Shown here: positions 8,392-17,110 of the stretch, piece after piece
Layout of the letters: every line of letters starts with the position of its first letter
Numbering within the stretch: the first letter of the stretch is position 1
Assembly: GCA_964344755.1 (NCBI GenBank)
Contig: CAYFOH010000002.1
Coordinates: forward strand, 277-64,276
Reading direction: 5' to 3'
Length of the DNA stretch: 64,000 nt
From: an uncultured Methanosarcinales archaeon
Lineage (GTDB): Archaea > Nanobdellota > Nanobdellia > Woesearchaeales > GW2011-AR9
The notes under the pieces: generated by a model
Told to the model about the DNA's origin: nothing
The model's database searches: none
The model's input: the letters and a program-made list of their open reading frames with translations, nothing else
Made by a program: the position numbers and the translations under genes

Positions 8392-9329
8392 ATTTTTCAC
8401 GCAAGCCAATACCAACTAGAAACGGTTTTGGAGACGCTTTGTTACAGTTAGGTAAAAATAATAAAATTTTTGCTTTGTGCGCTGATTTAACAGAATCCAT
8501 TAGGATTCATAAATTTAAAGAAAAATACCCCGAACAATACGTAGAGATGGGGGTCGCTGAACAAAATCTTGTAACTGTGGCTTCCGGTTTAGCAGCCATT
8601 GGAAAGATTCCTTTTGCTGCATCATATGCTGCTTTCTGTCCTGGCCGATGTTGGGAACAGATTAGAACAACTATTTGTTATAATAATCAAAATGTTAAAC
8701 TTGTAGGGGCCCATGCTGGAATAACAGTGGGACCTGACGGAGCTACTCACCAGGCCTTAGAAGATATTGCTACCATGAGATCACTTCCAAATATGGTAGT
8801 TGTTTTACCTTGCGATTATGAACAAGCTATCAAAGCCACAAAAGCCCTTGCTAAATTTAAAGGACCGACATATCTAAGACTAACCAGACCAAAAACAGCA
8901 CAAATGACTACAAAGAAAACGCCCTTTGTTTTAGGCAAGGCACAGGTTTTTAGATCAGGTACGGACATTGCCTTGATTGGAGCAGGTCCTCTAGTTTATG
9001 AATGTCTTGAGGTCGCTAAACTTTTAGAAAAAAAAGGTTTAAAAGCTATGGTTATTAACTGCCATACCATCAAACCATTAGACAAAAAAACAGTTTTAGC
9101 TGCTGCTAAAAAATGTAAAAAAATAGTCACAGTAGAAGAAGCACAGATTAACGGGGGATTAGGGGGGGCAGTGGCTGAATTCTTAAGTGAAACATATCCA
9201 ACAAAGATGTTAAGGGTTGGAATTCTTGATGAGTACGGAGAATCAGGAGAACCACAAGAACTTTTAGAAAGGTTTGGTTTAAGTACCCAGAAAATTTATC
9301 AAAAAGTGTGGAGATGGGTTAAAAGATGA
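8382..9329 (+). CDS. tkt: transketolase, C-terminal (pyrimidine-binding) subunit
   Basis: Overlaps the N-terminal subunit gene by 10 nt. The translation shows a transketolase pyrimidine-binding and C-terminal domain pattern. Confidence 0.9.
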   Translation: MYLNFSRKPIPTRNGFGDALLQLGKNNKIFALCADLTESIRIHKFKEKYPEQYVEMGVAEQNLVTVASGLAAIGKIPFAASYAAFCPGRCWEQIRTTICYNNQNVKLVGAHAGITVGPDGATHQALEDIATMRSLPNMVVVLPCDYEQAIKATKALAKFKGPTYLRLTRPKTAQMTTKKTPFVLGKAQVFRSGTDIALIGAGPLVYECLEVAKLLEKKGLKAMVINCHTIKPLDKKTVLAAAKKCKKIVTVEEAQINGGLGGAVAEFLSETYPTKMLRVGILDEYGESGEPQELLERFGLSTQKIYQKVWRWVKR

Positions 9330-9799
9330 GAGATATTATTGAGAGATTAGAAGAAAAGGTTGCAGAGTATAACAGGGAATTAAAAGAAAATTCTAAGTCG
9401 GAAGACCAATTAACAGTTAAGGTTGAATGTTTCGTTAAAGGACCCGTAACGGTTAAAACTAGTTATATTAGACAAGTAGATCCAAACCACGATTTACTTG
9501 AAGGAAGATTTCAAAGAACTTATCCGCTTGGCCAGATAACCACAACAACTGTTCCTATTTCACATCGGCAAATAAAAGAATTAGTTTATCCAGGTCTTCT
9601 TCCTTTACAAGAAGGTGATCAGTTAATGGCCTATGTCCTTAAAGGGGAAGAAAAAAGAGAGAAAATAAGCCCTTTTGAAGAAAAGAGATGGCCTATATAC
9701 TTGGTTGAAAGAGAATTTAAGGAAAGTGAGTTGGTTAGAAAAATAGAAAAAGTCAAGTTTGGAAAAATAGTTGCAATGTACGAATGTGAAGATAAATGA
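9326..9799 (+). CDS. hypothetical protein
   Basis: 157-aa ORF translationally coupled (ATGA overlaps) to both neighbours in the transketolase operon. No recognised motif. Confidence 0.4.
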   Translation: MRDIIERLEEKVAEYNRELKENSKSEDQLTVKVECFVKGPVTVKTSYIRQVDPNHDLLEGRFQRTYPLGQITTTTVPISHRQIKELVYPGLLPLQEGDQLMAYVLKGEEKREKISPFEEKRWPIYLVEREFKESELVRKIEKVKFGKIVAMYECEDK

Positions 9800-10368
9800 A
9801 TATAACAGTACTTTATGGATCTGTAAGAGAAAGTAGACAAGGAATTAAAGCAGCTAAGTTTATAGTAAAACAATTGCAAGCAAGAAAGCACAAAGTTACT
9901 TTAATAGATCCTTTACAAGAGAAATTGCCTTTACTAAAAAAAATGTATAAGGAATATCCAAAAGGAAAAGCTCCTAAAAACTTAGAAAGGTTAGCAATAC
10001 TCTATAAGAAAACTGATGCTTTTGTCATAGTTAGTGGGGAATATAATCACAGTATTCCACCGGCTTTATCTAATTTAATTGATCATTTTTTAGAAGAATA
10101 TTTTTGGAGACCGTCAGCCATTGTTTGTTATTCTGCAGGTAGATTCGGCGGAGTTAGAGCAGCCATGCAATTAAGGGCCATGTTATGTGAAGTTGGAATG
10201 CCAAGTATACCTTCTTTATTTCCAATTGGTAAAGTTCAGGATTCTTTTGATCAAGAAGGAAATTCTTTAGTTGAACATTACAATAAAGCAATTGATAAAT
10301 TCTTAGATGAATTAGAATGGTATGCTAAAGCTCTTAAGGAACAACGTAAAAAAGGAGTTCCTTATTAA
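9796..10368 (+). CDS. NAD(P)H-dependent FMN reductase (flavodoxin-like fold)
   Basis: MNITVLYGSVRESRQG... matches the N-terminus of the NADPH-dependent FMN reductase / ArsH-SsuE-like family. Confidence 0.65.
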   Translation: MNITVLYGSVRESRQGIKAAKFIVKQLQARKHKVTLIDPLQEKLPLLKKMYKEYPKGKAPKNLERLAILYKKTDAFVIVSGEYNHSIPPALSNLIDHFLEEYFWRPSAIVCYSAGRFGGVRAAMQLRAMLCEVGMPSIPSLFPIGKVQDSFDQEGNSLVEHYNKAIDKFLDELEWYAKALKEQRKKGVPY

Positions 10369-10372
10369 AAGA

Positions 10373-10548
10373 TGGGCCTGGAGGGACTTTCCTAAACATC
10401 ACTATTCTTGGGATGAACGGATGTGAATCCCTTCGCCTCTCAAGTGGCGTGACACTTGTTTGAACCCCCGAGCTCCAGCTCTCTCAAGCGTTGAGTAGAA
10501 CGTAGCCATATAAGACTGGCGCTCTAAACCAGACTGAGCTACAGGCCC
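10373..10548 (-). tRNA. tRNA gene with two predicted introns, tentatively tRNA-Ile(UAU). Anticodon-loop intron of about 28 nt at 37/38 and a roughly 72-nt intron in the T-loop region
   Basis: Minus strand reads GGGCCUG-UA-GCUCAGUCUGGUUUAGAGC-G-CCAGU-CUUAUA[intron]A-GCUGG-AGCUC-GGGGG-UUCAAAC[intron]CCCUC-CAGGCCC-A. The 7-bp acceptor stem is perfect, the D-arm is canonical, and the spliced T-arm is GGGGG/CCCUC with a UUCAAAC loop. The discriminator A is followed by an oligo-U run. A TATA-like box (cttttaaag) lies about 27 nt upstream. The mature length would be 76 nt. Confidence 0.55.
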
Positions 10549-10653
10549 AAAATACTAGGAAACAAGTCACTTTAAAAGATTTTCGACAATAGAGCTTCAC
10601 TTTGGAGTTACTACAAACATATTTAAATCTAGAAAAAAGAGTTTTTAGCCTAG

Positions 10654-11526
10654 ATGAACCTAAACCATGTTAAAAAATTAATGGACCGTAAGAAGGGCTC
10701 GCATAAAGGTGAGAACGGATCTGCCCTGATCATTGGGGGATCCGAAGAATATGTTGGGGCCGTTGTTCTAGCTGGTTTAGCTGCTTTAAGAGCAAGTTGT
10801 GATTCTGTCACGATTGCAGCACCAGACAAAGTTGCTTGGGCGGTTCATATACATACACCTGATCTGATCACTTACAAAATAGGTGGTAAGAAATTTAGTA
10901 TCAGACATGCTAAAAAACTGATTAAACTTTCCCAGAAATATGACGCTGTTTTGTTAGGAAATGGGATAACAAGAAAAGCAGACAAATTCTGCCAACATTT
11001 TGTTAGAAAAGCAACACTGCCAAAAGTAGTTGATGCAGATGGATTGAAATCTTTATCATTTAAAGACTTTAACAATTCAATTGTTACACCCCATTACAAA
11101 GAACTTGAATTGATGTTAATTAACAGCAAAAAAGAATTTCTATTACCTAAACTTAGAGAATCACACATCAAAGAACAAGCTGACATTCTGCAAGGAAATT
11201 TAAGATACTTCTTGCAAAACAATAATGTGCTTCTACTAAAAGGACCTACAGATGTAATCATTTCTAGGAACAAAATTGCCTTTAACAGAAGTGGTAACCA
11301 AGGTATGACTAAAGCTGGAACGGGAGACGTTTTAGCTGGTTTAGCTGTTGGATTTCTAGCAAAAAGTAAGGACCTCTTCAAAAGTGCTTTGGCCGCTGCT
11401 TACCTTAATGGTCTTGTTGGTGATGCTTTACTAAACAAAAAGAAAGGGTACAGTTTTATTGCTTCTGATATCGTCGCAGATCTTGAAAATATTAATGAAG
11501 TGGCTAAGAAAGCAAAAAAAAGATAA
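10654..11526 (+). CDS. nnrD: ADP-dependent (S)-NAD(P)H-hydrate dehydratase (YjeF C-terminal domain)
   Basis: GENGSALIIGGSEEYVGAVVLAGLAALRASCD is the hallmark of the YjeF_C carbohydrate-kinase-like domain. A separate YjeF_N gene lies at 55151..55774. Confidence 0.8.
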   Translation: MNLNHVKKLMDRKKGSHKGENGSALIIGGSEEYVGAVVLAGLAALRASCDSVTIAAPDKVAWAVHIHTPDLITYKIGGKKFSIRHAKKLIKLSQKYDAVLLGNGITRKADKFCQHFVRKATLPKVVDADGLKSLSFKDFNNSIVTPHYKELELMLINSKKEFLLPKLRESHIKEQADILQGNLRYFLQNNNVLLLKGPTDVIISRNKIAFNRSGNQGMTKAGTGDVLAGLAVGFLAKSKDLFKSALAAAYLNGLVGDALLNKKKGYSFIASDIVADLENINEVAKKAKKR

Positions 11527-11530
11527 AATT

Positions 11531-13570
11531 TTAATCCTTTGTTCCAACAACAAAAATATACTGCCAAAACAAACTTCTTTCTCTAAAAACGTTAACAGAA
11601 AATCCTGCTTTCTTAAACAAAGATTTTATTTGTCCATCATTTTCAACCCAACTTATATTTGGAAAGAAGTAAAAAAATTTATCAAAATCAACAAAAACAA
11701 TTTCTCCACCTTGTTTTACTTGGTTTGATAATTTTGTTAAAATTTTTAAAGGATTTTGCATATAAGATAACATCCCCACAGAAACAATTCCATCGACGGG
11801 TTCTTCAAAAGAAAGCTTAAAATCATCTAAATAAGGATGATGATAAACGTTAACATGGGGAAGATGTTTTAGTTTTTTAGCCACAGCATTTACTTTTTTT
11901 AAAGACAAGTCAACAGCGTGAACCCTACCCTTAACACTAACTAACTCAGCTAATTTCTCAGTTAAACTTCCACCTGAACAGCCAAATTCTAGAATGTGTT
12001 TTCCATTGACATCAACAATATCTCGTAAAACTCTTTTTCTAACGCTAACCGGAAAAAGTAATTTTTCACCCAAAAGAAAAATAGAAGAAAATCTTTCATT
12101 TACACTTTTAATAGCTTGTGGATTGTAAAACATCTCTACAGAAAAATAAAAAGGCAAACCAACGGCTAAAAAAGAGAGAGCTAATTGGATTATAGATTGT
12201 GCAACACCACCCTCCAGCCTTATCCAATTAAAAACTAAACCAAAAATTCCCAAAACAATAATGATTGGCCCAAAGGTAGCCAACGGAGCTTTGAAAGGTC
12301 TTTCCAGCAGAGGTTCTTTTCTTCTTAAAATAGGTACAGTAAGAAGAATCAAAGATAAAACAATAAGGCTTAGAAGTACATAAACTAAATAGATTGTTCG
12401 ATAAGGGTTGGACCATTTAACTAAATAGCCACGGAAAATGAACCAAGAAAATAAAGCCACCATAATAGTCTGGAAATAAACAGCTCGATGTGGAGACCTA
12501 TACTTCTGGTGTAAAGAAGCAAACTGTTTTAAGAACAGCTTGTCTTTAGACATTGCCCTAATAAGCCTAGAACCAGTAATTGGCCAAGCTGCTGCTGCTC
12601 CTAAAATAACCAAATACATACCAAAAACAACAATATTCTGACCTACTTGACCCATTGTATTAAAAGCTTGAACTGCAAAAGGTCGGGCGTTGGTAACATA
12701 ATCTCTATATCCTACTGTACCTAAAGAACTAAAAATGTATAAAACCATTATTAAGCCACAAATAACCATCCCTTTTAACAAAACTTTATGCAATTTCTTA
12801 GGTTCTGCAGCCTCGTTAGCCATATAACTAATAACTTCAAAACCTAAAAATGCTTCACTAATTAAAAGAACTGACAAACCTAAAAAAGCCAATATTCCCG
12901 AACCCTCATGACGGAAAAAAGGCTTAAACAGTTCTAAATCAAAGGGGCTAGTTAATTTACCTGCAAATAAATTAGGAATATCAATAAAGGAAGGCAAGAT
13001 CATCCCAGCAACAACAACTGTAGCAATGAAACCAAAAATAACTAACATAGTAGAACCAGCATCAATGCCACGAAAAGCCATGAAATTTAAAACGATTACC
13101 CAAAGTAAAGCAAAGCCTATCCGCAAATAAAGAGCTGCTTGTGTTTGTTCAGGTATAAAATATTCTGCTGCAGCAACTAAATTCAAAGCCATACCAAAAT
13201 TACCAGCGATCCAAATTAACCAACCAGCCATGAACGAACCAAGTCTTCCGTAAGCTTTCTTACAAAAATAGTAAGTACCACCTGAGGTAGGAAGCATAGT
13301 TACTAATTCTCCCATATATAACATAACAAATGTCGCAACAATAAAAACAAAAGCCCAAGCCAAAATAGAAGCTGCCCCTGAACTGATAACTCCTAAACCA
13401 GGCAAATAGAACAAAGAGCTGCCAAGTATGGAATTTATTAAAATAAATAAAAGTAAACCAGAGGTTAACTTACGCTTTCCAGTAGATTCGTGTATACCTT
13501 CTCCTGCAGGTAAGTCTGGTTGTGTCGGTTGGCTTCCACTGAACCAAGACCAAAATTCTTTAAATCCCAT
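11531..13570 (-). CDS. APC-family amino acid permease fused to a C-terminal class I SAM-dependent methyltransferase domain
   Basis: About 480 aa of 12-TM APC-type permease. The cytoplasmic C-terminus then carries ILEFGCSGGSLTEKL (MTase motif I), AVDLS (post-I) and PVDGIVSVGML (motif II). Confidence 0.7.
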   Translation of the reverse strand: MGFKEFWSWFSGSQPTQPDLPAGEGIHESTGKRKLTSGLLLFILINSILGSSLFYLPGLGVISSGAASILAWAFVFIVATFVMLYMGELVTMLPTSGGTYYFCKKAYGRLGSFMAGWLIWIAGNFGMALNLVAAAEYFIPEQTQAALYLRIGFALLWVIVLNFMAFRGIDAGSTMLVIFGFIATVVVAGMILPSFIDIPNLFAGKLTSPFDLELFKPFFRHEGSGILAFLGLSVLLISEAFLGFEVISYMANEAAEPKKLHKVLLKGMVICGLIMVLYIFSSLGTVGYRDYVTNARPFAVQAFNTMGQVGQNIVVFGMYLVILGAAAAWPITGSRLIRAMSKDKLFLKQFASLHQKYRSPHRAVYFQTIMVALFSWFIFRGYLVKWSNPYRTIYLVYVLLSLIVLSLILLTVPILRRKEPLLERPFKAPLATFGPIIIVLGIFGLVFNWIRLEGGVAQSIIQLALSFLAVGLPFYFSVEMFYNPQAIKSVNERFSSIFLLGEKLLFPVSVRKRVLRDIVDVNGKHILEFGCSGGSLTEKLAELVSVKGRVHAVDLSLKKVNAVAKKLKHLPHVNVYHHPYLDDFKLSFEEPVDGIVSVGMLSYMQNPLKILTKLSNQVKQGGEIVFVDFDKFFYFFPNISWVENDGQIKSLFKKAGFSVNVFRERSLFWQYIFVVGTKD

Positions 13571-13651
13571 CTTTTTCTTTTAAATAAGGTAAAGTTTGTT
13601 TATAAAAGTGTTGACGTAAAGAATAAATAATAAGACATTTTAATATTATTT

Positions 13652-13861
13652 ATGACGCTTACAGAAATGATCTTACAACAACCGTCTCTAGCTTTTTTTG
13701 GAATTGTCTTAGCTTCAATCTGGAGTATTGTCTGGAAAGGTATAGCTTTATGGCATGCTTCCAAAAATGAGCAGAAAAGTTGGTATGTTGTAATTTTAAT
13801 ATTGAACACGCTAGGGTTATTGCCTATTATTTACCTGATCTGGTTTAAACCTAAAACTTAA
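13652..13861 (+). CDS. small two-TM membrane protein (hypothetical)
   Basis: 69-aa ORF with two clear hydrophobic helices. The overlapping minus-strand ORF (13600..13809) has a low-complexity translation. Confidence 0.35.
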   Translation: MTLTEMILQQPSLAFFGIVLASIWSIVWKGIALWHASKNEQKSWYVVILILNTLGLLPIIYLIWFKPKT

Positions 13862-14936
13862 CTTCCTCGACTTCAATACGTCCTTTACGTGCCCTAATCA
13901 CGTATTCTTTGAGGTTACTAAGTTTAGACATTTTAGTTACAAATTCAGGTAACAAAACCCTTTCCCCTCTAAATTGTAAATTAGTTATTATTTCCTGGAC
14001 TGGGTTGTTAGGCCGAGCCAGAGATATTTCTTTCATTAAATCTGCTGCATCACGCCTACCTTTTTTATTTAAAACCTCACTTGTCTTACGGTAAAGAAAT
14101 TTAGCAATTTCGTCAGCAATATTTAAAGTTGAAACGGCTTGAATTCCTTGGAGACCTGGGGACAAATTTGCTTCAATAACAACACTCCCCTTAGGACCTT
14201 CTAAAATATCTACGCCACAAATGTCTGCCTTTAAAGCTCTAGCAGTATCAACAGCCAATTTACTATCTTCGCGGCTTAATAAAACTGCTTCACCATTACC
14301 ACCAGCATGAATATTAGCCCTCTTCTCTTCCTTCTTAGCTCTTCTTTTCATAGCAGCTACCACTTTTTCTCCTACAACTAAAGCACGAATATCTGTCCCT
14401 CCTGTTTCTACGTACTCCTGGACTATAAACGGTTGATTCAAGGCCCCCAATGCATCTAATAAAGAAGAAGCAGAACTTAAAGAGTCAGCAAACATCACAC
14501 CTTTCCCTTGTGTACCCTCAGGAAACTTCATTACAATTGGATAATTGACTGTTTTTAACAAGTCTTTAGCTGCTTCTACTGTAGAAGAAACATAAGTTTT
14601 GGGCATAGGAATATTATGTTGTTGCAGAGCCAAGTGAGTTAACAACTTGTTATGAACAATAGTAAACGACTGATCAACTAAAGGAATGTAGGGTACTTTA
14701 CCTTGCAACATAGCAGCAATTGAACGCAATAAGTGGGCGTACCTAAAAGAACCTTTAATATAAACACAATCATACTCTTTAAATGGTTGACCTTCGTAGT
14801 AAACTCCAGCTTCGTCACCAAGCTTGACTTCGATCTTTTTAAGCTGAACCATATCCACTTCATCAAAATATTTTTCCATGGCCTCTGCAGTCATAATAGA
14901 ACTTTTACTCCCCAGTGAGATTAAAGCCGCCTTCAT
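13851..14936 (-). CDS. rimK: RimK-like ATP-grasp ligase (alpha-L-glutamate ligase family) with C-terminal extension
   Basis: ATP-grasp layout with a RimK-type N-terminus (MKAALISLGSKSS...). It is co-oriented and overlapping with the retropepsin-like partner gene, a known RimK-associated pairing. Confidence 0.7.
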   Translation of the reverse strand: MKAALISLGSKSSIMTAEAMEKYFDEVDMVQLKKIEVKLGDEAGVYYEGQPFKEYDCVYIKGSFRYAHLLRSIAAMLQGKVPYIPLVDQSFTIVHNKLLTHLALQQHNIPMPKTYVSSTVEAAKDLLKTVNYPIVMKFPEGTQGKGVMFADSLSSASSLLDALGALNQPFIVQEYVETGGTDIRALVVGEKVVAAMKRRAKKEEKRANIHAGGNGEAVLLSREDSKLAVDTARALKADICGVDILEGPKGSVVIEANLSPGLQGIQAVSTLNIADEIAKFLYRKTSEVLNKKGRRDAADLMKEISLARPNNPVQEIITNLQFRGERVLLPEFVTKMSKLSNLKEYVIRARKGRIEVEEVKF

Positions 14937-15277
14937 TTTTCGATCTCCTTGTTAGGGTCAATTAAGAAATTCCCTCTTTTCAAAATGTTTTGACCAATAA
15001 GAATTGTGTAAGTCATATGACTACGTTCAGCCAAAGTAAATTCTTCTTCAAGTAAAAGATCTTTTATTTTAAGTTTAATTTTAACTAAGTGTCTTTTATT
15101 TATCCCTAAAGCTGATTTAACAACTTTTGATTTCTCTAAAGGCGTATAACCCAATTTTTCAGCTAAGCTAGCATCAATAGAAGATGATGTTGCTCCTGTA
15201 TCTATTCTAGCCATTGCTGTATAATCATTAGGAAATAAAGTGACTTTTTCAACAAGGCTAAGAACCTTTCTTTCCAT
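14933..15277 (-). CDS. RimK-associated retropepsin-like aspartic protease (COG4067 family)
   Basis: ARIDTGATSS carries the D-T/S-G-A aspartyl-protease motif. Length 114 aa. Overlaps the rimK start by 4 nt. Confidence 0.65.
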   Translation of the reverse strand: MERKVLSLVEKVTLFPNDYTAMARIDTGATSSSIDASLAEKLGYTPLEKSKVVKSALGINKRHLVKIKLKIKDLLLEEEFTLAERSHMTYTILIGQNILKRGNFLIDPNKEIEK

Positions 15278-15365
15278 TAAGGATCTTCAAAGATAAGGAT
15301 ATATAAGGTTTTTGCTCAACTTAATACAAAACTTTTTAAATGGTTTGAGAATTTTGGTAGAATAA

Positions 15366-15440
15366 GCCCCTGTGGTGTAGTCCGGACTATCATTCTGCCC
15401 TTTCGAGGCAGCGACTCGGGTTCAAATCCCGGCGGGGGCG
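15366..15440 (+). tRNA. tRNA-Glu(UUC)
   Basis: 75-nt cloverleaf. Acceptor stem GCCCCTG/CGGGGGC with one G-U pair. Anticodon stem CTGCC/GGCAG with loop CTTTCGA. T-arm CGGGTTCAAATCCCG. A TATA-like ctttttaaatgg lies about 26-36 nt upstream. Confidence 0.85.
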
Positions 15441-15453
15441 TTTTACCTTACAG

Positions 15454-15483
15454 GCGTGTTGCCCATATTCAATATGGACACGC
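15454..15483 (+). terminator. two-tier hairpin followed by a T-rich tract downstream of tRNA-Glu
   Basis: GCGTGT/ACACGC outer stem enclosing the CCATAT-tca-ATATGG inner palindrome, then tttactttatattt. Confidence 0.3.
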
Positions 15484-15535
15484 TTTACTTTATATTTAAT
15501 GTTTTAAAAGGGCTTATTCTTACTGAAATTTAAAC

Positions 15536-16393
15536 ATGGACGTAGTAAGGACAAATAGTAAACAATGGCCAAGAAATGTATTAAAAGAATTAGAAACGGC
15601 ACCCCTTAGTAAAGTTAACAAAAATCTTCTTAGAGATTTCAAAAGCTATCTTTTTAGTACTGGTTCAGGAGAAGCAAGAGTTGCCAAAGTGTTAAGTCAG
15701 AGAGTTCGGGAAGCTGCTTGGGATTTTTATATAGAACCGTTTAATTTAGATATACAAAGAGAGTTTATGGATGTTTGTTTGGAAATTCAGAGAACGGTTC
15801 CAGGTAAGGACTCTAGGTCTTTTGGTATAGGGCGAAGAGTTTCTAACACAAGTAAATCTAACCCCCCTAGAAATATTAAAGTGTATACTAAAAGAGGGAT
15901 ATTAGGTTTGAAACAAATTAGCGTTCATGGAAGAGAATTATTAAGAACTGAGAAATATAGTTCAATTATCTGGCATGGATGGCCATTATCCAAGGGTTAT
16001 GTTCTTTTTGCTGGAGGTTCGTTGGATGAATTTGGACATGGCTATGATCTGAGAGACCCACCTCTTAAATCTAAAGAAATTGATTACTACAGTGAGGTGT
16101 TAAAATTAGTAGATAAAGAACCAAGTTACGACAATGCTATTAACCTCTTTAAATCTCTAAAACCACACACTTACAGTTTACCAATGGGGGATTCATATGC
16201 ATCCGCTGATAGAAGGAGTAGGATAAGGATCGTAAGGGAGTTTAGTCAACTTGGTATAGTAGCGAAAATTGATGGACAATTTTACAAAGTACTGATGGAT
16301 TATGCTGAGAGAGATAATCTAAAAAAACTATCTTGCAGAGGGCCTTCTGGAAGTTATGAAGTTAATTTCAAAGAAGGAAAGATACAAACATGA
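15536..16393 (+). CDS. hypothetical protein, paralog A of a tandem pair
   Basis: 285 aa. N-terminal YIEPFNLDIQREFMDVCLEI and C-terminal AKIDGQFYKVLM blocks are shared with the next ORF. Confidence 0.5.
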   Translation: MDVVRTNSKQWPRNVLKELETAPLSKVNKNLLRDFKSYLFSTGSGEARVAKVLSQRVREAAWDFYIEPFNLDIQREFMDVCLEIQRTVPGKDSRSFGIGRRVSNTSKSNPPRNIKVYTKRGILGLKQISVHGRELLRTEKYSSIIWHGWPLSKGYVLFAGGSLDEFGHGYDLRDPPLKSKEIDYYSEVLKLVDKEPSYDNAINLFKSLKPHTYSLPMGDSYASADRRSRIRIVREFSQLGIVAKIDGQFYKVLMDYAERDNLKKLSCRGPSGSYEVNFKEGKIQT

Positions 16394-17103
16394 CTGACTT
16401 AGTAACACGAATCAAAGAAGCCAGTAGAGCTTTGTACTTTGAACCATTTAATAGAGATTGTAGAAAAGAGTTTGTAGCTGTTTGTGAAGAAGCGACTGCT
16501 AATTATCTTTTTACAGATTTTGACGGGTGGATTAGAAGACGTTTTAGGTATGGCCCAAACACAATAATTTCAGTAGAGATTAACAAAAGAATATTTAGAG
16601 AACCGGAGATAAGTTTACTGAAGATAAACAACAAGAACCATTTTCTAGGTGAGATTCAATATAATTTATCTGACCATAAGGATCGATACATTAATTTTAA
16701 CGGTATAGAACGAACAGAAGAAGAGATCAACCATTATAAAAGAGTATTAAAAAACGCAGCGACATCTTGGCGCAGCCCTGATGAAGGTCAACAGTTTCTT
16801 GCAGAACAACTTCTTGCAGCCACTAGTAAATATTTCTTACCAAAAGAAAGTAAGGGTGGAACTGCTAATTACAAAGACAGGCGATGTACGTTGTTTGTTA
16901 GTGAAAGAGAAGTCCCGACAAATAGTTCAATAGAAGAAGCCAACGTAGAAATTGCTATTGATGCAAAGGTTGATGGTGAACATTATCAGGTAGTAATCAC
17001 TGGTAAAGCTTGTGATAAGAAGCCAATCCTAAAAAGTAATAAATTTGAAATTAAAAAAATAGAAGTCACAAGTCCTTTGCCAAAAATAGAAGTCTATTTA
17101 TAA
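16390..17103 (+). CDS. hypothetical protein, paralog B of a tandem pair
   Basis: 237 aa with YFEPFNRDCRKEFVAVCEEA and AKVDGEHYQVVI blocks. Its start overlaps the TGA stop of paralog A (ATGA). Confidence 0.5.
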   Translation: MTDLVTRIKEASRALYFEPFNRDCRKEFVAVCEEATANYLFTDFDGWIRRRFRYGPNTIISVEINKRIFREPEISLLKINNKNHFLGEIQYNLSDHKDRYINFNGIERTEEEINHYKRVLKNAATSWRSPDEGQQFLAEQLLAATSKYFLPKESKGGTANYKDRRCTLFVSEREVPTNSSIEEANVEIAIDAKVDGEHYQVVITGKACDKKPILKSNKFEIKKIEVTSPLPKIEVYL

Positions 17104-17110
17104 ATAAAAA

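Noticed and set aside
10374-10548. A 175-nt GC-rich structured region with pairing termini, first considered as an SRP RNA or reduced RNase P RNA (contains GGAAAGUCCC, reminiscent of RNase P CR-I)
   Set aside because: Neither the SRP helix-8 nor the RNase P CR-IV/V motifs are present. The minus strand starts with a canonical tRNA acceptor stem and D-arm, and a full cloverleaf forms once two introns are removed. It is reported as an intron-containing tRNA instead.
11459-11728. 89-aa plus-strand ORF overlapping the 3' end of the permease-MTase gene
   Set aside because: Overlaps a conserved methyltransferase domain on the opposite strand. The translation is K/N/I-rich with no motif.
13600-13809. 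Minus-strand 69-aa ORF overlapping the small two-TM protein gene
   Set aside because: Low-complexity translation and no start context. The plus-strand ORF with two clean TM helices is the better candidate, though weak.
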